Origin: Eledone cirrhosa
Lineage: Eukaryota
NCBI GenBank assembly: GCA_964016885.1
Contig: CAXHJY010000739.1
Location: 62,001 to 126,000 of the forward strand
Direction of reading: 5' to 3'
Length of the DNA: 64,000 nt
Shown here: piece by piece, positions 37,264 to 57,755 of the stretch
How the letters are laid out: each line of letters starts with the position of its first letter
How positions within the stretch are numbered: the stretch's first letter is position 1
Notes under the pieces: model-generated
Told to the model about the DNA's origin: nothing
Seen by the model: the letters and a program-made list of their open reading frames with translations, nothing else
Database searches by the model: none
Translations under genes and position numbers: made by a program

Positions 37264-38759
37264 TGTTCATTTTTTTCAATCTCCAGGGGTACTTTACCCA
37301 ATTTTCTCAACTATTATTATAATCATTTGTATTGGGATGCGCACATTTAAAATGTTTCTCATTGCTTCTTTTTGAACCGTTTTGTTTTCACTTCTAGCTA
37401 CAGGTTTAAAACCTGAAAGGATGAAATTGGTGGCCAGCAGCTGTTTAGTGTAGTGGTTAATGCACTTGCCTGACATCTGATCAAATTTTCCTTATTATTT
37501 ATAGTGATCAACTATTGGAATGCACACATTTCAAATTTGAACAATAATATTTTGTTTAATCAGTAAGTTTAGATATCATCAAGAATGCACTTTTTTAAAA
37601 TTTGGAACAAGTGGTCTTCATTTCTTTCAATATTTCAGTATTCTCGGCCCATAGACATAAGACAAGAAGAATAAAAGATTGCACCTGATTAATTCATTTT
37701 TTATTCATACAACATTTCTAGCAATTTTCCTCAAAATCAAACCAAATTTATGCATGTGTATATTGGACATCCCTCAGCTTTGGTGAGTGTTGCAGTTGTT
37801 TAAAATAATGAAAGTATGCTTGTGAAATTAGTATGCAAGTGGCTGAACATTCCACAGACATGTATACTCTTAACATAAGCTCTCAGGGAGATTCAGCATG
37901 ACAGAGTGAGTGATAAGGATGGCTCTTTGAATTACAACTCATTTTTGCTAGGTGATTGAACAGGAGCAATGTGAAATAAAGTGTCTAGTTCAAGGACACA
38001 ACACGATTGAGAGTTGAGCACCCTAACCACAAGGCCACATGCTTTCACAACAAAACAGAATAACAGTTTTATTTAAATGAACGCAAAATCTTTATTTTTA
38101 AGGGTAGATAAAAATGGAATTTGAGACATTTATATTTTCTCCAAGAACCAACAAAGTAGTTTCTAACAGTAGCCTGTTCTGCTCGAAATAGCAGTCAAAT
38201 TCACCTCAAACCAAATCTTACTTAAAAAACATTGGATAATGCAATCCTGAACACACGGTCTGAGAATATGATAGGTTACTCATTGTTGGAACATTCTGTT
38301 CCTAGATCTGCTTGATTAGAGCTGACCTGGGTCTAAACAATGAAATTAGGAATGTGGAATGGTTCAAGTAGGAGCTGAACTGAATCAGAATTTTCCATAA
38401 TTTTTTTATGTTTACTTTCCAAGCTAGTATAAGTTGAATGAATTGTTATTGTCCTCCTAGACAGGTCAGGGGACCATGTCATGTTCGTATGTTCCAATTT
38501 TGGCATGATTTCTATGCTTGAATAAGGTGCTAAATGTGTTTCAGCACACTGTCAGTTTTTTTAAAGTTAAAAAAAAGCAAGCATTAAAAAGTTTTAAAAT
38601 AATGACAGGTGCATGTAATGTATTTTTCCTCAAAAGAAGTACACATCATGATAAGATTGAGGGTTGGGGGTTATCATCAAAACACTTAAGATATTTCCAT
38701 TTAGATACCTCATGGGTGACACCCTACATCATGAGTACAGAACTCAGTTCCTGGAACTT

Positions 38760-38930
38760 TTTCCATGTACATCTCATTCTAAATACTGTCCCAGAGTTTG
38801 ATCCACCTTCTCTATTCAATATGTCATCTAGGTAACAAAACACATTCACATCTCCCATCATCTACATCTGTAGCTCTCTCCATACACACTTTGTACTTAA
38901 CTTTAGTTGTCACATTGAAAATAATCCCTG
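38760..38930 (-). mobile_element. RTE-like LINE fragment
   Basis: Minus translation VNVFCYLDDILNREGGS, similar to the VxxFCYLGDxI..GG motif downstream of RT. Confidence 0.45.
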
Positions 38931-40434
38931 GTGTGAGTTCACAACAGCAATACACATGCAATGAAGCTGTGTATTAAAAATATTCTTAAATACTAGACCT
39001 TTTTACAACTTTGTGCCATAGAACAGCAGTTAGAAACATCTGATGAAGAGGGACAAAATTATATAGCACAAGGCATTATAATTTCTATCTCCTGCCCACA
39101 CAATAACAAGGATTTCTAACTTTCACACAAGAGCACAAATGAATTAAATTGATCCAGTAAATAACTGGTAATTATTTGATCACTTTTGGAAAGACAAAAC
39201 GTAAAGTTGAACATGTCTGTCGCTCCATTGCTTTAATAATAATTTCAAAATTAGATATAAGGCCACACATTTTTGGTAGGGAGAGGAGTTAGTAGTTTAA
39301 ATCACCCCTGGTGCTTAACTGACACTATAATAAAAATAATAATCACTCATTTTTTTTTTTTACATATGGTGTGCGCGTGTGTGATTTCAATTGAGTTCCA
39401 GTACATGACTGATACTTAATTCATTGACTCTGCAAGACAGTAGTGATGTATTCCTAGCTGATATGACATTAAAGTACAGTTTACCTGGCTGTGTGTAATG
39501 TAGTCTACTTAACAGTAAGTACTACAGTGTTCTTAGCTGTATTTTCATCAGTCAACGTTTTTGTAACAAAATATTTTTTTTACAGAGTGAAGTTGTGCAC
39601 CCACCACCCTGACACCTGTCCAGCTTTGTGCCAGGGTTAATACTCTTGCTGGTATAGCTTTCATGAGTTACAGACACACACACATGCCCTCTCCATCATG
39701 GAAAAGTATCACCAAGAACTGGCTACAATGGTGTAGTCCTTGAAATAAAACGTTTTAGATAGCTAGGGTATATATTAGGAATAGACAAAAACACTAGTAA
39801 GTTAAAGGCTCTTAAATCCTAATGGAGGTGTATGGGTGTCGTCCTGACACATGGCAGTATTGAACTGGTACTTTATTTATCGATCTAAAAAAATGAAAGG
39901 CAAAGATGACCTCAGTGGAATTTGAAGTCAGAGTGAGTTTGAAACAGATACCAAAGCATTTTTAATCCAGCACCAAGGGGTGGAGGTGCAGGACGAACCA
40001 AACTCATCGCCATGTAGTTATCACTGGAAAAGTATTTGTTATAATGCTTTGTTAACAAGGCTCAGTGCATGGAAAAATATGTTGATGAACGATAATAATT
40101 TACACACATATATGCTATTCATTGCATATTTACTGACCATCAGACAGGAAGTGGCATAAAAATAAAGAATAGATCAAGACAGGATACTAAAGGTAACGTA
40201 AGACAGACACCGCCTGCAAAATGAAAGCCTGGACAGTCAAAATACACCTGGTGTAAAACAGTTGAAGGCGAATTGAGAGAACTGCAAGGTTACAGGCGGC
40301 AAGACATAGAGAGTTGCTAAAGACTAGTCTGGATGGTGTTGAATCAGCAAAGATTCTCAATCAGAAAGAAGAGAATTATTAAGTTCAACCCATCCAAGCA
40401 CGGAGAGGCAAACGTAAAATGGTGATGGTAAATA

Positions 40435-40750
40435 ATTTCTAATTTAGACACAAAACCATCAATTTGTGGGAAGCGGAAAATTGACTATATCGACTCAGGT
40501 CGTTTACTGGCCCTTTGTTTTATCGACTCCGAAAAGACGAAAGTTGGCTTCGGCCGGATTTGAACTCAGAATGTAAAGAGCCGCAACTAAATACTGCATA
40601 GCATTTTGTCCATCGCTCTAACAGTTTTGCCATAAATTAATGATTGTTTCTACCTTAAGTACAAGGCAAGCAATTATCCCAGTGCATTACTGGTGCTTTA
40701 TTTTATCGACCAAGTATGGATGAAAGGGAAAGCTAACATCTGAGGGAGTT
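40435..40750 (-). mobile_element. Two head-to-tail SINE family A copies (40435-40632; 40644-40750)
   Basis: Both carry family A bodies. The second has the short-3' CAATTATCCCAGTGCATTACTGG variant. Confidence 0.8.
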
Positions 40751-41040
40751 GAACCGCGGTTCACGAGCAAATCGGTTCATGAACAATTTTTCCGAACATA
40801 AAACGTCTCGAGTAATGAACTCGCAAACCAGCAACAACAGTTAGCGACAAGCTGGGAGTATCGACGGGAAAGCATCACTTGCTGTGTATTTAGTTACTAT
40901 GGTGATATCTATCTGTCTTTCACAGACAGTCTCTCTCTCATTGTATTTCTCTTTCAACATTTCGTATAGGGAAAATAGTTTCGGCTTACGAATATTTCGG
41001 TCGATGAACGGCCTTCAGGAACAAATTAAGTTCCAATGTA
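40751..41040. mobile_element. Pogo/Tigger-like non-autonomous DNA element remnant
   Basis: GAACCGCGGTTCACGAGC..TCGGTTCATGAAC head and TCGGCTTACGAA..GGAACAAATTAAGTTC tail resemble Tigger-type subterminal repeats; termini damaged. Confidence 0.45.
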
Positions 41041-44000
41041 ATTAACTGTAAAAAAGTACCATAGTGAGACAGTCCAAAGTATTACTGGTATGTTAATCTC
41101 GGTATATTACTGGTTGGAGCTATTCTCGGTGTATTACAAGTTTTTATCTTCAAAACTTGAGATATTGAACTTTAATTCTGACGCCACACAGTTATTTCTG
41201 GATTTGTGTTGGCCATGGGCAATGCCCAGTTTTCGGAAACTAATAAATAAAATAAAACTGCTAGAGCATGTCTAAATACAATGCTAGTGCAGTATTATAA
41301 GATAGTAAACACTGGCTTAAGTCAGTGTCAATAAAAAGCATCAAATAGTAAACATACTTCTAAATATATTTTTTAAAATGATAAAAATGACAGCTCTGCA
41401 AGATGTATCTTTTAAAAATACATTACAAGTGATAGAGAACCAAGAGAAAGAAAAAGAAAAAAAAGCACCAATTAAAATAAAAAGTCCACCGCCGAAAACA
41501 GGGAAGTGCCTTGTTCATCCACCCACAAGGGCACCCATAGGTAGCAGCTGCAGCACAGTTCATATCTGGCACGAATGCCATTTAAGAAGGAAAGGAAAAA
41601 AAAGGAGGGGAGGATTGAACGAAGTGATTGGTGTTAAAAGTTTATTTTTTTGCTTGAACCTAGCATTACTGCACAAAATAGGACGAACTCAGTTTTCGTG
41701 CCTGTCTCCGGTACTACTGCTGCTTTAAATATGTAACAGAGGAACTTAATGCATGATATAAAGGGTTGGTGTGGTGGAGGTGAATTTGTGGGTGGGAAAT
41801 CATGCTGGATCTCACACTCACATTTATATAAATATGAATGTGTTGGAATTATATATATAGACAGGTGATAGTGAGTTATTAGATGTATGTCTGTGTGTGT
41901 GTGTGTATATATATATATACACACACACACATCTAATAACTTATCACCACCTGTCTATGTAGTTCCAACTGTATATTTAACACCCTAGATGACATTTTCT
42001 CTCATTCTTTCGCCACACACATACATCGACATATATGTGTGTGCATACACATCTCTCCATATCTAATTCACTATCTCTTTTTACATCTATTCGTCTACTT
42101 AGCACTCATACATACGGAACTTTGTATATGTTATGTATGAAAAAAACAAACAAAAAAGAAAAACAGCAATAATGTATATGAAAGAAAGGCACCAGTAAAT
42201 GTGCACTGACGTCAAATAAGATTAGACAACAGCTCAAGAGTTGAAATCTGAAGCTTTTACGACATGTGTATGTGCTGAAAGAATTCTTTTCACGAAATTG
42301 CCTGCTAAACTTGCCAGAAGAGAATAATTTAAAATACTTTAGGCACCATCTTGCTAACGTCTTGAAGTGTGTAAGAGAGGGGAAAAAAGAAGTTCTTTGG
42401 TTTCTTATAACTTAATTAAGGTGATTTAATTATAACTACAACGCACACTTTTGGAGTAATACTCTATATACTAACACCTTTAGATAAACTAAACTATACA
42501 CGTACACACACATATATACATGTATGTATTGTATATTATTCAATATACAATACATACATATATGTGTTGCTACTCTGAGCTATTTACACACACATACACT
42601 ACGGAAGAAAAAGATTCAGTAAGACTAGCAGACTGAGAAAAGTTCAGTGTCCTGGGCTAATATGTAATAGACATTGTAAACAGCAGTACAGTCGACCGAC
42701 CAGGAAGGAGAGACAGACACAGATTACAGGAGAAGAAATAGATTAAAAAAATTTTTTTTAAAGTCTAGTTAAATGGCTAGGGCAGTGTTGAGAGAAAACG
42801 AAGCAGTAAAAGCACTGGTTTTGAGGTCGATAACATTTTTCTCAACTGTCACTCAGTATTTTGTTGATCTATATTTTACTGAAACTATTTTTTTCTCTCT
42901 TCTCCGCTCACTCTATCTGCGATTCTTATCGATAATTCCACCAAAGACAGTCAGCTCACGCCTCTCTTTCTAACAGTTCACACACACACACACACTCTCT
43001 CTCTATATATATAATTATAACACATTTTACTTCCATTATACACGAAAACATTTTTTTTTTCAGAAAATGCACCAACGAAGAATGATAAAGTCATTCTCAC
43101 CTATTAGGTAGCTTACACTTACCTATATGTAGGTGCGTGTGTGTATATATATATATAATGTATAGTGCCAAGACACCTGTACATATATATCCTGCGTATA
43201 TGTAGGCATACGTCTCTATATAATGCGCCTGTATGATTATATATATATATATATATTTAATTAGAAAGTGAACAACACAAAATTAAATAGCTCTGTTCTA
43301 TACATACAGTACTCTTTTTTTCCTTTGCTTTTCCTTCGGAATTACCTAACATGTATATATATACTGTAAGATCACACCTGTTTATATATTTATGCCTACA
43401 ATCGTATACACATAAGGCATATTACACACACACATATATATATATTTGTTTGTAAGTCTATACATAGATTTGTAAACGGTACAGTGTATGTTTATCATGA
43501 TTTTGTAATATCACGTCTTGATATAAATACATATGTAAAACCATACACAACACTCGCACATATACACTCACATATATATATATATATTACACACAACAAA
43601 AAAAACAAATCTATATAAATTACATAAAACCAACGTCTCGAGAGATTATATATATATATATACAGCCACGGCAACGGAGCAACTATCGTAGCACAAGAAC
43701 AACAACAACAAAAATACTAAAAAAGTACACCATTTCCTTTTTACCACGGCTTCTCCCTCCTTCCCCCAACATCATCAAAACAGTCACACCAATTCAGTAT
43801 ATTCGTTTTTTAAACGAATTTTTCAAATCTCGGTCGATCAAGCAATGAATTATCAGATTTTACTGAAATCACACATTTTTAGCCCCTCATTACCGAAAAT
43901 TCTTTTTTCTTTTAAAAAATACTGCATTTTCTCTTGATCTCCCCATCGCCAACATACATTATTCCATATATATTTTAAAAGAGATGTAGTTTTTTGAGAA

Positions 44001-44742
44001 ATCGATGCGAATATTTTTTGTGGATGGTGCGAGTTGTCGTTAAATAGTTGCAGTGCAAACGTGGTCAAAAAAATATATATAAGAAGGAAATAAATAAGAA
44101 ATATATAAAAGATCCATAGCCATTAATAGATATATTTTTTGCTATTTCTTCGATGACCAAAGTTAAGAGCGCTAAAGCTTCATTTTTACACGTTTAGATT
44201 ATAAAGATAGAGAGAGCAGAACAGAAATGTGACGATGGATGTAAATAAACAGCGAGCAGAAATTATTAAATAAAGATACATGACTTTATAGTGTATATAA
44301 AGGAAGATACAGAAGAGAGAGAGAGAAGGAGAGATGTAGAAAGAGAGGGATACATGAGGTAGAAGAGATTAGGCATTAATTGAAAGTGCGCGTATCGATG
44401 TATGTGTGAACGTGTGCAATTACGTGTGTGTGTGTGCGCTAATAGTACTTACATCCATAAATATATATATAGAGAGAGATAGACTGTATATAAACAGAGT
44501 GACATATACATGAGATAAATACATAGATGTATACGCATGCACATTTATATAAATGTATACAGAGAGAGATAGAGGTAGATACAGTGAATATATATATACG
44601 TGTGTGTGTGGATGTGTACGTGCGTATAAATATCTCAAAAGTGGTATGTCCAATTGTGAAAGAGCGAAATATATTCCATCTATCTCTCCCTCTCGCTCTA
44701 TCTTGCTTCCCTCCAGTCGGTTATTGTCTTTGTAACACTTAC

Positions 44743-44900
44743 CTTTGAGTGTAAGAAGGAGAGACAGAAACATAAGAAATCGGTGAGTCTGTCTGCGAGA
44801 AGGTTGCCTGTCTTGTTTGGACATCGGGCCAAGGGGAGGTAATCTGGGGCCGAGAGAACTATGGATGGTAGCCGATGGTGTCGGCGAGAAGTAGAGGAGG
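44743..44900 (-). other. Candidate non-coding first exon of the ZnF gene
   Basis: Perfect donor AAG|GTAAGT on the minus strand (GT at 44742-44741) at the edge of a locally CpG-richer segment. Implies a ~12.1-kb 5'UTR intron to 32616. The upstream boundary is a guess. Confidence 0.45.
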
Positions 44901-46167
44901 AGGAAGTGCTATTAGAGACAGAAAGAGAAGTGTGAAAAAAAGGGAGGAAGTAGAAAAATAATAGAGGAAAGAGAGGGAGGAAAGTATGGCAGATTATATC
45001 TTAACATATGCTAACACACACATATATATAATAGACAGAGAGAGTTAGAGAGAGAAAGATAAAGGTGCAAAAAGAATGACACATACACAGTGAAAAGTAC
45101 ATGAACTAAATGTGATAAAGAGAGACTTTCTAAGACAAAAAGAATAAAGGGAAAGGCACAAGAAGCGGAAGAAAGAAAGACAGATAGAAATAGTGAGGAG
45201 GTGTGGAAAAAGATAGATACAAGGCGGCAAAGGCAGAGAGAGAAGGAGGAAGGGTAAAGTGAATTAAAAGAGGAGAAGTAGTAATCGAGTAGGGGGAAGG
45301 TGACGAGAACTAAAAGAAGAGAACAGTAATCGAGAAGGAGAAATGGTGATGAGAATTAAAGAAAGAGAAGGAAAAATCGAAACGGGAGTGAAATCATCAC
45401 AACCACCACCATCATTAACCAACAACGAACAAACACACTAAAGAAGACAAAGAAAGAATACAGCGACGTCACACACACACACACATATATAGACATTACA
45501 CAGCCGTAATGGATGCTGCTTCACAGCAAACATAGAATCGAGGTTTGTTCTTTTTATTCACTTATATATCTCACACCATGGGACTTTCATGGCGTTCCAA
45601 ATAAGGGGAGGAAGAAGACGGATGGAGGAAAGAAAAGAATTTTGGTTTCAACATATTGAATATGATTAGACCGAGTATTGTATATAAATACATACACACA
45701 CACACACATATATATATATATGTATGTATATATATATATATAAATGAAGCTACACACACACACACACATATATATGTGTGTGTGTACGTGCGTGTATTTA
45801 TATATATATATTATTTGTATCATGTGTGTCCTATTGGAAGCACCCCTCCCCTTTTACGATTTTATTTTTTGTAACTTAATAATTGCACTGGTAATTATGG
45901 CCATTGGTAAAGGGAGATAATTAGTAAAGTAGACACTGGTTGTCTCTTGTGCTTGGTTTGTATAAGCATGACACTTCTTTTTATAACCAATACTGATTTT
46001 TAAAAATTGTTTCGTACTCCTATTTAATCTTAAATATTTGTTATATAATTGCCAATTATTAGTTGTAAAAATAACATTACGTTACAGTATAAAATGTATT
46101 ACATTATCGAAAATGTTCGAGCAATACTGATTGTGTGTAAATTCATCTGTAATTGTATGTTTGTGTG

Positions 46168-46199
<32 letters not shown>

Positions 46200-46724
46200 C
46201 TGACCCCCCCCCCCCCCCCCTCCCCCAAATGGATACACACTTCAACAGCATTCTAATAAATATTGCCTGTACAGGTAATCAAAGTCTGTATACATTTTTT
46301 TTTAGGACACCCTGTATACATAAAGTGAATGTAAAATGCACGCGTGCACATTTATACATATATTTATTAGTCAACTTTAACAATAATACACACACGCATA
46401 TATAGTGGTAAAATTGGCAGATTTTGTTATGACTTTTTAATAAAATAAACTGAGAATGTTGAAGTATAAATTCATCTATATATATATATGAGATAGATAG
46501 GTGCAAATGTGAGTTTATGAATATATATATATATGTTCAGTTTAACTAAGATGTGTAAGCAACCACTGCTGTTATAAGAACTGGTTATGTGTTCATCTAG
46601 ATGAATGTGTGTGTTTATGGGAGTGTGTATATATATATATTATACATACACGTATTGATGGTTGAGGAATTTACTGTGGGTGTGAAACGCTACGTTAGCA
46701 CTATTTCACACTAGTGTTACACAT

Positions 46725-46765
<41 letters not shown>

Positions 46766-48483
46766 AATGTTTACACCGATTACCATCTTATATTCGCAAG
46801 AAACTGTTGCAGAACCCAGAGCTGATCAACTCAACTGTCCTGTCCTATCCAACACATGTATGTGTGTGTGTGTGCGTGTTTACAGAGCCTTTGAAATATT
46901 TTGCAAGGCAGAACAAGATTGGTTATCTGAGGCGGGAGTGTGGTGATCTCTGTAAATTCAAGGAAATTGTGATTCCTTTTTAGGCTGGTTGTGAGGTATT
47001 CACGCGCCTCTTCCTTGATTCTCCGACCCTGGACAGATGTACTTGCTGAACTCCACTTTTATAGGCCCAAAATATACACTTCAACACGAAGTGTCACAAG
47101 CTCTTTATTTTCGCGCCGTGCCATTACACGAGTTTCTCCAAATCGCAGAACCCATACCTTTATTTTACCTACTATCGCCACCACCCTGATTTTAATAAGT
47201 CATTAAATTAAACAAAAATTGGGTATTATCACACCCTTTCTCAGACAGGTGTTATGGCGTTCTCTGGCGGAGGAGCCACAAAAAACGAATAATTTACAAC
47301 GGCTTTAAAGCCATATTCGTTCAAAACAAAGATTTCATTCGAAAAACAAATTTCACCTTCAAAATTCTAACCAAAACTACCAACTAACTACCCTTAAAAT
47401 TAAAAAGAAATGTTTCAGATTTAATTCATTGATATATATGCGGAAGCCCAGAATTTCACGAAAGCCTCTTTGAGAAATACTGTCTGTTAATTTAATCTCA
47501 TCAATGTTGTGATTTTGTATAAACAGTAGTTAAAACTTGACCGTTTTAAATATCCCAACTTTTGCTATCAAACACTAAAACGATCTCAATAACTAGACGA
47601 TGATTACAGTAATGATGATGCTAGTTCGAGAAGTTAATCTTTGTGACTAAGACATTAAAAACAAATCCCACTAAACATCTGTCAAGAGAAAGCATGCACG
47701 TGTGTGTGTGTGTGAAAACTTTAAGAGTACTGCAATCGCTTGTCATATTATAGAGTTTGATGCACTTTTAGGCTACGTCCAGCCACACAAACCTGTAACA
47801 TATAATGAATAATGAGTGTGCTTTGAAGGTTTCTTTAAGTAGGGAAAGGCCTTGCACTCGACTAATCCCACTCTCTGAGCATCGAAAAGACTACCCGAAA
47901 AGGAGAACTTGTCAACATCATGTGTGTATATATATATGTGTGTGTGTGTGTATATATATATATGCATGTATGTATATTTATGCGCGCGCATATGTATATA
48001 TATATATATTATGTGCTACTGGTAACATGTAACCCAGTACAACCTGTGCATCAAGCTTGCTTGGTGAGGAGTGTGATTTTGGATACCTGTAAGATGAACA
48101 AGAGCTGTCAAAGGGCAGAGGAACTCGGGAGCGACAACGGCCATCCAATAAAGTTTTTTTTTGTTTTTTTTTTGTGGAGTGAGTGACTCCTAGTCTTCAT
48201 TAATAATCTCTCTAGGAGAAGTTTACTCTGATATAAAACTGCGACTTCATTTGCATCCAATGATGGAGACCAGTTCTTCTTTTTGGGCAAATGCATTTGT
48301 TCAAAGAGTGGGATAGGCTCCATGCAAAGCCTTTCCTCACATAAAAAAAGCTTCAAACCCAAGCATTGTTTGATATGACATTTTTTGCAATGCATAGTAT
48401 TGCTGGCCATAGGCAAGTCCCTAGCAGGACTAAAAAACCTCGTATCAAGCGATGGCATTACTCGAAATCTAGTTGCATCCATC

Positions 48484-48665
48484 ATATATGTATATATAAT
48501 GTATATATGTATGTATACATATGTATGTATACATATGTATGTGTATATATATATGTATGTATATATGTATGTATGTATATATATATATGTATGTATGTAT
48601 ATATGTATGTATGTATGTATATATATATATGTATGTATATATATATGTATGTATGTATAATATAT
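48484..48665. repeat. (TA)n/(TATG)n microsatellite
   Basis: Read directly. Confidence 0.95.
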
Positions 48666-48824
48666 AAGAACAAAAGATGGTTAAAAGAGTTCCATGTATT
48701 TTATTATGCGCATTTCAAAAACAAATATCATCATGCAATAATATTTGTGTTTTCATCAGAAAAAGCAGGAAGACATGATATGAAGATTAAAAAACACTTG
48801 TGGATAGTTCAGTTTTAAATGAAC

Positions 48825-56170
<7,346 letters not shown>

Positions 56171-57755
56171 ATATAAGTATGTACACGTACATACATATAT
56201 GTATACCGACGTACAGTAGTATGTATATATATATATATACATACATGCACACATATATACATGCACGTATGGATTCACCGAACATTTATTATAATGCTCG
56301 GTGTGTTTGTAAACAAACATCCCGTATTAAGCCGTAGTGTCTAGCAACCACCGTTGCTCGTTTGTTCAACACTGACAAAGGAACGCTGTACTAGTTTCAA
56401 GCTTGTTCAGCTATCGTCAGCAACGTATACCTTCCTGCCAGATTGTTGAACGTATATACTTACCTTATGCATATTAACGGCTGAGTAGCCCAATATGCAT
56501 ATCGAGTGGGTTAATCGGCCGGGTGCACCGAAAACGATAAACGGAAAAAATGAAACGATATTTCATTTCCCACTCTTAGTACGGTCGTTACTTAAATATA
56601 AGTATGTACACGTACATACATATATGTATACCGACGTACAGTAGTATGTATATATATATATATACATACATGCACACATATATACATGCACGTATGGATT
56701 CACCGAACATTTATTATAATGCTCGGTGTGTTTGTAAACAAACATCCCGTATTAAGCCGTAGTGTCTAGCAACCACCGTTGCTCGTTTGTTCAACACTGA
56801 CAAAGGAACGCTGTACTAGTTTCAAGCTTGTTAGCTATCGTCAGCAACGTATACCTTCCTGCCAGATTGTTGAACGTATATACTTACCTTATGCATATTA
56901 ACGGCTGAGTAGCCCAATATGCATATCGAGTGGGTTAATCGGCCGGGTGCACCGAAAACGATAAACGGAAAAAATGAAACGATATTTCATTTCCCACTCT
57001 TAGTACGGCTGTTACTTAAATATAAGTATGTACACGTACATACATATATGTATACCGACGTACAGTAGTATGTATATATATATATATACATACATGCACA
57101 CATATATACATGCACGTATGGATTCACCGAACATTTATTATAATGCTCGGTTGTGTTTGTAAACAAACATCCGTATTAAGCCGTAGTGTCTAGCAACCAC
57201 CGTTGCTCGTTTGTTCAACACTGACCAAAGGAACGCTGTACTAGTTTCAAGCTTGTTAGCTATCGTCAGCACGTATACCTTCCTGCCAGATTGTTGAACG
57301 TATATACTTACCTTATGCATATTAACGGCTGAGTAGCCCAATATGCATATCGAGTGGGTTAATCGGCCGGGTGCACCGAAAACGATTAAACGGAAAAAAT
57401 GAAACGATATTTCATTTCCCACTCTTAGTACGGCTGTTACTTAAATATAAGTATGTACACGTACATACATATATGTATACCGACGTACAGTAGTATGTAT
57501 ATATATATATATACATACATGCACACATATATACATGCACGTATGGATTCACCGAACATTTATTATAATGCTCGGTGTGTTTGTAAACAAACATCCCGTA
57601 TTAAGCCGTAGTGTCTAGCAACCACCGTTGCTCGTTTGTTCAACACTGACAAAGGAACGCTGTACTAGTTTCAAGCTTGTTAGCTATCGTCAGCAACGTA
57701 TACCTTCCTGCCAGATTGTTGAACGTATATACTTACCTTATGCATATTAACGGCT
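56171..57755 (-). repeat. Hammerhead-containing 424-bp satellite, left (inverted) arm, ~3.7 units
   Basis: TCGTCAG (reverse complement of CTGACGA) at 56414, 56838, 57263 and 57687; units are reverse complements of the right arm. Confidence 0.97.
56364..56451 (-). ncRNA. Type I hammerhead ribozyme (representative of 4 minus-strand copies)
   Basis: Reverse complement of the 58077-58163 motif; this copy has one extra base in loop II. Confidence 0.85.

Noticed and set aside
39050-39075. CTGATGAAGAGGG possible hammerhead start
   Set aside because: No matching stem II or GAAA; at best a fully decayed remnant.
48030-48483. 125-aa ORF and non-repetitive island before the TA tract
   Set aside because: No recognisable domain; possibly an unidentified repeat fragment that I cannot support.
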